Assembly: GCA_964391755.1 (NCBI GenBank)
Contig: CAYMNI010000002.1
Coordinates: 1 to 34,089 of the forward strand
Direction: 5' to 3'
Source of the DNA: an uncultured Ignavibacteria bacterium
Lineage (GTDB): Bacteria; Zixibacteria; MSB-5A5; SM1-73
DNA length: 34,089 bases
The translations under genes were made by a program, and so were the position numbers. The notes under the pieces were generated by a model, which was given only the letters and a program-made list of their open reading frames with translations, was not told where the DNA came from and searched no databases. How positions within the stretch are numbered: position 1 is the first letter of the stretch; every line of letters starts with the position of its first letter. This document shows positions 31,088 through 34,089 of the stretch, in pieces.

Positions 31088-32842
31088 TTAGCTGCGGAAC
31101 AGATAATTGAGCAGAGCCACTATGTCGGTTATGTTGATTTCGCCGTCATGCTTGAAATCTCCCAGGCTGGTAGGAGCCGGTGGCATGCCAAACTTATACA
31201 GGTAGTTCAGCAGGTAGATCACGTCGGTCACATCCACTATTCCGTCGCTGTTGGCGTCGCCTGATATGACGTCGGTGAATATCGTGCCGGAGACGGTGGC
31301 GGGTTGGACGAAAATCATTCCGGTGGTATCGCTGTATGCGTTATAGTGGCCCCAGTCTTCTCTGGTTTCGAAGACGATGGGCAGAAACGCTCCGGCAGGG
31401 GCGCTTTCATCCACCCGGAAGTCGACCTTCACCAAAACTCCTTCCCCCGGACCGATGGAGAGGTACAAACCGTCGTTTAAGGGCCAGTTGGCGTAACCCA
31501 AGAAAAACGACTCTCCCGGAACCGTCACCACATGGGCCAATTCCCATCCTTCCGTTCGGGTTCCCGAAACCTGCACTCCCTCAACTGAGAGCGCGCTCTG
31601 GTCGAAGACCAGTCTGAAGGTGGTGCCCCAGGCGGCGGTGGCGTTGGACATCCATATTGGAACCGAGACCAAGCCCCCCGGATGAGCGGAAGACGAGATC
31701 AATCTAAGCTCGTCAGAGAGATATTCCAACGAGCCGTTCTTTTGACCCTTGCCGGGAATTTCAGGCGAGTCGTGCAGAATAACCCGCATCAGGTAGAGCA
31801 GGTCTGCGATGGTCCAATACAGGCCGTCGGCATTCACGTCGGATGCGCATGTCTGAAGCGCGGGGTCAAGGAGCAGTATGCCCGGGCCCTGAAGAAGGAA
31901 AGAATGAAACAACACCGCATCTGCCACTTCGTAGCCCAGGGCATTGAAGTTGATGTCTCCGCGCCTGCACTCCAATGAACCTCCCACCTGAATTCCTCCG
32001 TTTCTCACGTCCGATATGCCAAGTCTGGTAAGCTGGCCGTCTGTTGTGGCAAAAGCGTTTGCCTGGACCTGGGAGCTGGTGTCATCGCCAAAGAAAACCG
32101 AAATGAAGGTGGGAGTATCGACATCAGATACCTGGAAGATGAGTTTGGCTATCTGTCGCGGACCGTTGTGGGATGTCAAAGAATCGGACGTAAAGCTGGT
32201 CATGAAATCGGGGCAGGCGTTCAATCTGACAGAGCCCTCCTCCAAGCGGGTGAAGTTGCCCTCCCAGTTCTCCAGAGAGGTCCCGGAGAAGTCCACCGCC
32301 ACCAAGCTCAGGCTATCCGGATCGAAATTCACCTTGAAGCTAATGCCAAAAACCGGCTCGCTCCCTTCACCGTCATACCAGACCGGAACAACCACGGTGT
32401 CGTTCGGTTGAGAGTGAACGGTGGTCATCCAGGTCTCCATGTCGTATTCAGACAAGGCGGTAGGCTCGACAACCTCCACTGCGTCGTGCAGCATAACCCT
32501 GGCCAGATGGATGAAGTCGGCCATGCTCCAGCAGTAGCCATCCCAGTTCACGTCCGAGTTGGCGGTTTGCGATTCCGGGTCAATGGTGAGCACGCTGTCC
32601 CCCTGCGTCAGATAATGCGAGAACAACACTAAATCTGCCACCTCGTAAGGGATCAGATTCAAGTTGATGTCTCCCCGAAGAGGCGTGGATGGGTGAAATG
32701 CCGACATCCCCCCCTCAGAAGGAGCTTCCTCTAAATCTGCACCGGCTCCGCCGGGTTTGGAGTCGAGCAGGAACAGCGCAATCGAAAAGCAGATGACCAA
32801 GAGCGCTTGCCCTAAAACCAACCTGGGTTTTAAGGAATACAT
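31088..32842 (-). CDS. Secreted multi-module protein: dockerin-like, cohesin-like, dockerin-like, cohesin-like, then a canonical C-terminal type-I dockerin
   Basis: I prefer ATG 32842 after GGAGGG (32849-32854, minus strand) over the track TTG at 32884. The C-terminal dockerin is GDANSDGIVDVTDVIYLLNYL...GDFKHDGEINITDIVALLNYL. The internal dockerin-like pairs are GDINLNLIPYEVADLVLF...SDVNWDGYCWSMADFIHL and GDINFNALGYEVADAVLF...SDVNADGLYWTIADLLYL. Each pair is followed by a beta-rich segment of about 150 aa (VVPVWYDG...FGISFKVNFDPDSLSLVAV and LVSVPIWMSN...FRLVFDQSALSVEGV). Confidence 0.7.
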   Translation of the reverse strand: MYSLKPRLVLGQALLVICFSIALFLLDSKPGGAGADLEEAPSEGGMSAFHPSTPLRGDINLNLIPYEVADLVLFSHYLTQGDSVLTIDPESQTANSDVNWDGYCWSMADFIHLARVMLHDAVEVVEPTALSEYDMETWMTTVHSQPNDTVVVPVWYDGEGSEPVFGISFKVNFDPDSLSLVAVDFSGTSLENWEGNFTRLEEGSVRLNACPDFMTSFTSDSLTSHNGPRQIAKLIFQVSDVDTPTFISVFFGDDTSSQVQANAFATTDGQLTRLGISDVRNGGIQVGGSLECRRGDINFNALGYEVADAVLFHSFLLQGPGILLLDPALQTCASDVNADGLYWTIADLLYLMRVILHDSPEIPGKGQKNGSLEYLSDELRLISSSAHPGGLVSVPIWMSNATAAWGTTFRLVFDQSALSVEGVQVSGTRTEGWELAHVVTVPGESFFLGYANWPLNDGLYLSIGPGEGVLVKVDFRVDESAPAGAFLPIVFETREDWGHYNAYSDTTGMIFVQPATVSGTIFTDVISGDANSDGIVDVTDVIYLLNYLYKFGMPPAPTSLGDFKHDGEINITDIVALLNYLFRS

Positions 32843-32939
32843 GGCGACCCTCCGCGAGTTAAGGTTAAAGGTTTTTGTCTGCAAAAACCTTCAGCAAAGG
32901 GTCATAAAATTCAACAGCCCGCTTTTCAGGTGTACATAT

Positions 32940-32968
32940 AATTTACCAACCAGACCCCTTACTGTCAA
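32940..32968 (-). promoter_or_regulatory. Candidate sigma-70 promoter for the dockerin/cohesin gene
   Basis: The minus strand reads TTGACA (32968-32963), a 17-nt spacer, then TAAATT (32945-32940). This is a pattern match only. Confidence 0.3.
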
Positions 32969-33045
32969 GTATTTTTTTGCCTACACAACAACCTCCAACA
33001 GAACAACCGCCTAACCTGTTGTGGAATATCGCGCCACGATTTTGC

Positions 33046-33074
33046 TTTACAATTCGATCTGCTTCTGTTACATT
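33046..33074 (+). promoter_or_regulatory. Candidate sigma-70 promoter for cdd-deoC
   Basis: TTTACA (33046-33051), a 17-nt spacer, then TACATT (33069-33074). This is a pattern match only. Confidence 0.25.
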
Positions 33075-33134
33075 TGATGCACTGACACTTTCAGGGTTAT
33101 TTTGAAACCTCTCATAAGCTCAAGACCACACGCC

Positions 33135-33527
33135 ATGACCGACAGAGAGTTGATAGAGAAGGCCAAAAGGGCAAGGCTGAAGGCTTACGCACCCTATTCC
33201 AACTCCAAGGTGGGCGCCGCGCTCCTGACTGCAAGCGGAAGGGTGTATACCGGCGCCAACGTGGAGAACGTCTCCTATGGCTTGACCGTCTGTGCGGAGA
33301 GGGCGGCGGTACAGAAGGCCGTGAACCGAGGTGACAAAGATTTCCTGAAGATAGCCGTGGTAGCGGACAGGAACCCGCCGATCACTCCATGCGGAGCCTG
33401 CCGACAGGTGCTCTCCGAATTCGCCAAGGACATGAAGATCATCTGTGCGAATCCGCAAGGAAAGGTGAGGATATTCACTCTGAAGGAACTGTTGCCGCAG
33501 GCTTTTGAAAAACGGTCAACGGATTGA
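33135..33527 (+). CDS. cdd: Cytidine deaminase (homotetrameric type)
   Basis: It has CAERAA and PCGACRQVLSEF zinc ligands. Starting at ATG 33135 (MTDRELIEKAKRA...YAPYS) aligns the N-terminus with B. subtilis Cdd. The track start at TTG 33102 is less likely. Confidence 0.85.
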   Translation: MTDRELIEKAKRARLKAYAPYSNSKVGAALLTASGRVYTGANVENVSYGLTVCAERAAVQKAVNRGDKDFLKIAVVADRNPPITPCGACRQVLSEFAKDMKIICANPQGKVRIFTLKELLPQAFEKRSTD

Positions 33528-33607
33528 ACGGATTATAGCGGAAGTGGTTTTTTCTGATTAAATCAGGATTGATTCCATACCTGATTTCGTGTGAGCATGA
33601 GGTGTGA

Positions 33608-34089
33608 ATGGACATTGCCAGGATGATAGACCAATCGCTTCTGCAGCCGGATGTAATCAGGCAGCAGGTCGAGCAATTGTGCCTGCAAGGCAGGGAATAC
33701 AATTTCATCAGCATAGTGGTGAATCCGGTTTGGGTCAGGCACTGCAAAGACATACTTGGGAAGGGAACTGTGAGGGTATGTACCGTTTCCGGCTTTCCCC
33801 TGGGAGCCAGCAAGCCGGAGATCAAAGCAAAAGAGGCGGAGGTGGCGGTCCGGGACGGAGCAGACGAGATCGACATGGTGATGAACGTGGGGGCCTTCAA
33901 AACCGGAGACTTCATGCTGGTGGAAAAGGAGATCGAGGACGTGCGGGCTGCCGTCGGAGCTGACACCACCCTGAAGGTGATAATAGAGGCAGGGCTTTTA
34001 ACCGACCAGGAAAAGGTCAAGGCTGCGGAAATAGTCAAAGCCTGCGGCGCGGATTTCGTCAAGACCAACACCGGCTTCGGATACGGCGG
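33608..34089 (+). CDS. deoC: Deoxyribose-phosphate aldolase, 3'-truncated by the window end
   Basis: This ORF is absent from the ORF track because it has no stop within the window. My hand translation from ATG 33608 gives MDIARMIDQSLLQPD...VCTVSGFPLGAS...DEIDMVMNVG...LKVIIEAGLL...ADFVKTNTGFGYG, which carries the DeoC class I aldolase signatures. An in-frame TGA lies immediately upstream at 33605. Confidence 0.85.
   Translation, partial: MDIARMIDQSLLQPDVIRQQVEQLCLQGREYNFISIVVNPVWVRHCKDILGKGTVRVCTVSGFPLGASKPEIKAKEAEVAVRDGADEIDMVMNVGAFKTGDFMLVEKEIEDVRAAVGADTTLKVIIEAGLLTDQEKVKAAEIVKACGADFVKTNTGFGYG

Noticed and set aside
33475-34071. 198-aa minus-strand ORF and the 119-aa plus-strand ORF at 33604-33963 at the right end of the window.
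   Set aside because: The third plus-strand frame, starting at 33608, translates into an unmistakable DeoC. It is missing from the track only because it has no stop before the window end. The listed ORFs are Ser/Thr/Ala- or Gly/Arg-rich shadows.

Overview
This is a 34.1-kb chromosomal segment from a moderately GC-rich bacterium. Its gene content looks like an uncultured or candidate-phylum lineage, but I cannot assign taxonomy. I support about 29 protein genes and found no rRNA, tRNA or CRISPR array.

Gene order, left to right:
- rseP and dxr on the minus strand, with an ATGA stop/start overlap.
- A repeat-filled divergent intergenic region.
- pfk, an APC permease fused to tandem USP domains, and a conserved-TM-helix membrane protein.
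- A LonC-type Lon-like protease, followed by a second repeat-filled intergenic region.
- A CBS-domain site-2 protease, a DedA protein and a DUF4097 protein.
- A long SppA and a pair of M16 peptidases (one active, one inactive).
- A tight co-directional cluster: efp, an RNase HIII-like gene, an eIF-2B-family gene, an LMW phosphatase, a DUF3108 gene, a DHS-like gene and a secreted repeat protein.
- A lower-GC island of about 3.1 kb (24940-28035). It carries a small cytoplasmic zf-HC2 (ZAS-type) protein, an ECF-like sigma factor, an overlapping 2-TM protein, about 1 kb of non-coding DNA and a recurring 37-bp motif.
- pmbA and tldD on the minus strand, a dockerin/cohesin multi-module secreted protein on the minus strand, cdd, and a 3'-truncated deoC.

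Most of the window is housekeeping. The parts I consider worth a second look are:
1. The low-GC sigma/ZAS/2-TM island and its conserved motif.
2. An EF-P with Gln at the normally modified tip position 32, sitting in one gene string with a DHS-like and an eIF-2B-like gene.
3. Three unrelated families of intergenic repeats: a hairpin array split by a 208-bp structured insert, a 165-bp tandem duplication with competing CCCTCCC/GGGAGGG pairings, and a TTGAACCC x8 microsatellite on a promoter.
4. A self-complementary dockerin/cohesin protein.

All homology calls are motif recognition by eye, with no searches run. Start codons were refined by hand from ribosome-binding-site context and are less certain than stops.
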